A stretch of 64,000 nt of DNA, taken from positions 1,332,315-1,396,314 of the forward strand of contig CP037918.1 in assembly GCA_019356535.1 (NCBI GenBank). Direction: 5' to 3'. A program made the position numbers and the translations under genes. How positions within the stretch are numbered: the stretch's first letter is position 1; the number at the start of each line of letters is the position of its first letter. This DNA is from Chromatiaceae bacterium. GTDB taxonomy: Bacteria > Pseudomonadota > Gammaproteobacteria > Chromatiales > Chromatiaceae. This document shows, in pieces, positions 63,678 through 64,000 of the stretch. Under the pieces are notes generated by a model. That model was given only the letters and a program-made list of their open reading frames with translations, had not been told where the DNA came from and made no database searches.

Positions 63678-64000
63678 TGTTTCTCCGGTCGGGTGAGACT
63701 CAGCCAGTCGTTGACCAGTCTTTCCATCATCATCTGCGAATTGAGGTTATGGCTCGCCAACCGTTCCAGGCGGTCGATCTCATCCTTGAAGTGAAATATT
63801 TTTTGCAAGTTTATGTCTTTAGCAAGCTTTTGCAAATCCATCCGCTTGCCACCGAGGTACAGTTCCACATGGCTGTCGGCATCGGTCACGCACAGTCGCG
63901 CCAGGTCGAAAACCACCCGGCGCAGATCGGCCAGTTGTTGGGTTATGGGCCGCTCGGCCCAGGCCTGAGCCACTTCTAGCGGCCCGGTGCGGCGCTGCCC
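63674..64000 (-). CDS. holB: DNA polymerase III delta' subunit, C-terminal part (runs off window end)
   Basis: C-terminus ...LN.QMMMERLVNDW; conserved holB-pilZ-tatD order. Confidence 0.7.
   Translation of the reverse strand, partial: GQRRTGPLEVAQAWAERPITQQLADLRRVVFDLARLCVTDADSHVELYLGGKRMDLQKLAKDINLQKIFHFKDEIDRLERLASHNLNSQMMMERLVNDWLSLTRPEKH

Overview
GC-rich gammaproteobacterial chromosome segment (inferred from gene content and order). Left: partial rraA and malate synthase G. Positions 3286-30157 form a ~26.9 kb genomic island bounded by a 16-bp direct repeat of the tRNA-Leu(TAA) 3' end, with an intact tyrosine integrase next to the tRNA. The island carries a complete type III-B (Cmr) CRISPR-Cas system: cas6, an NE0113-family CARF protein, cmr1-6 with a GGDD-positive Cas10, a Csx1 CARF-HEPN nuclease and a CARF-adenosine deaminase (Cad1-type). 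It also has two CRISPR arrays with related but different 36-bp repeats (33 and 22 repeats) and an unusual translationally coupled adaptation operon, cas2-cas1-cas1*(apparently catalytically dead)-cas2. Other island content includes a truncated hipA, a frameshifted IS3 element, a dotA/traY relic between long inverted arms, and tandem 94-95 bp repeats. A second, decayed integrase lies just outside the left att site. Spacers read as coding-sense on the + strand, and two spacer pairs hit the same homologous codons in recoded invader variants. From ~30.1 kb onward the window is ordinary core genome: tRNA Leu/Cys/Gly, pgsA, uvrC, UDG, uvrY, a GGDEF-EAL protein, purine salvage genes, nagZ, a peptide ABC transporter, rlmD, cysM, pdxJ, recO, era, rnc, lepB, lepA, the rpoE-rseABC-degP cluster, nadB, tatD, pilZ and partial holB. 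All identifications come from motif recognition by eye; no database searches were run.
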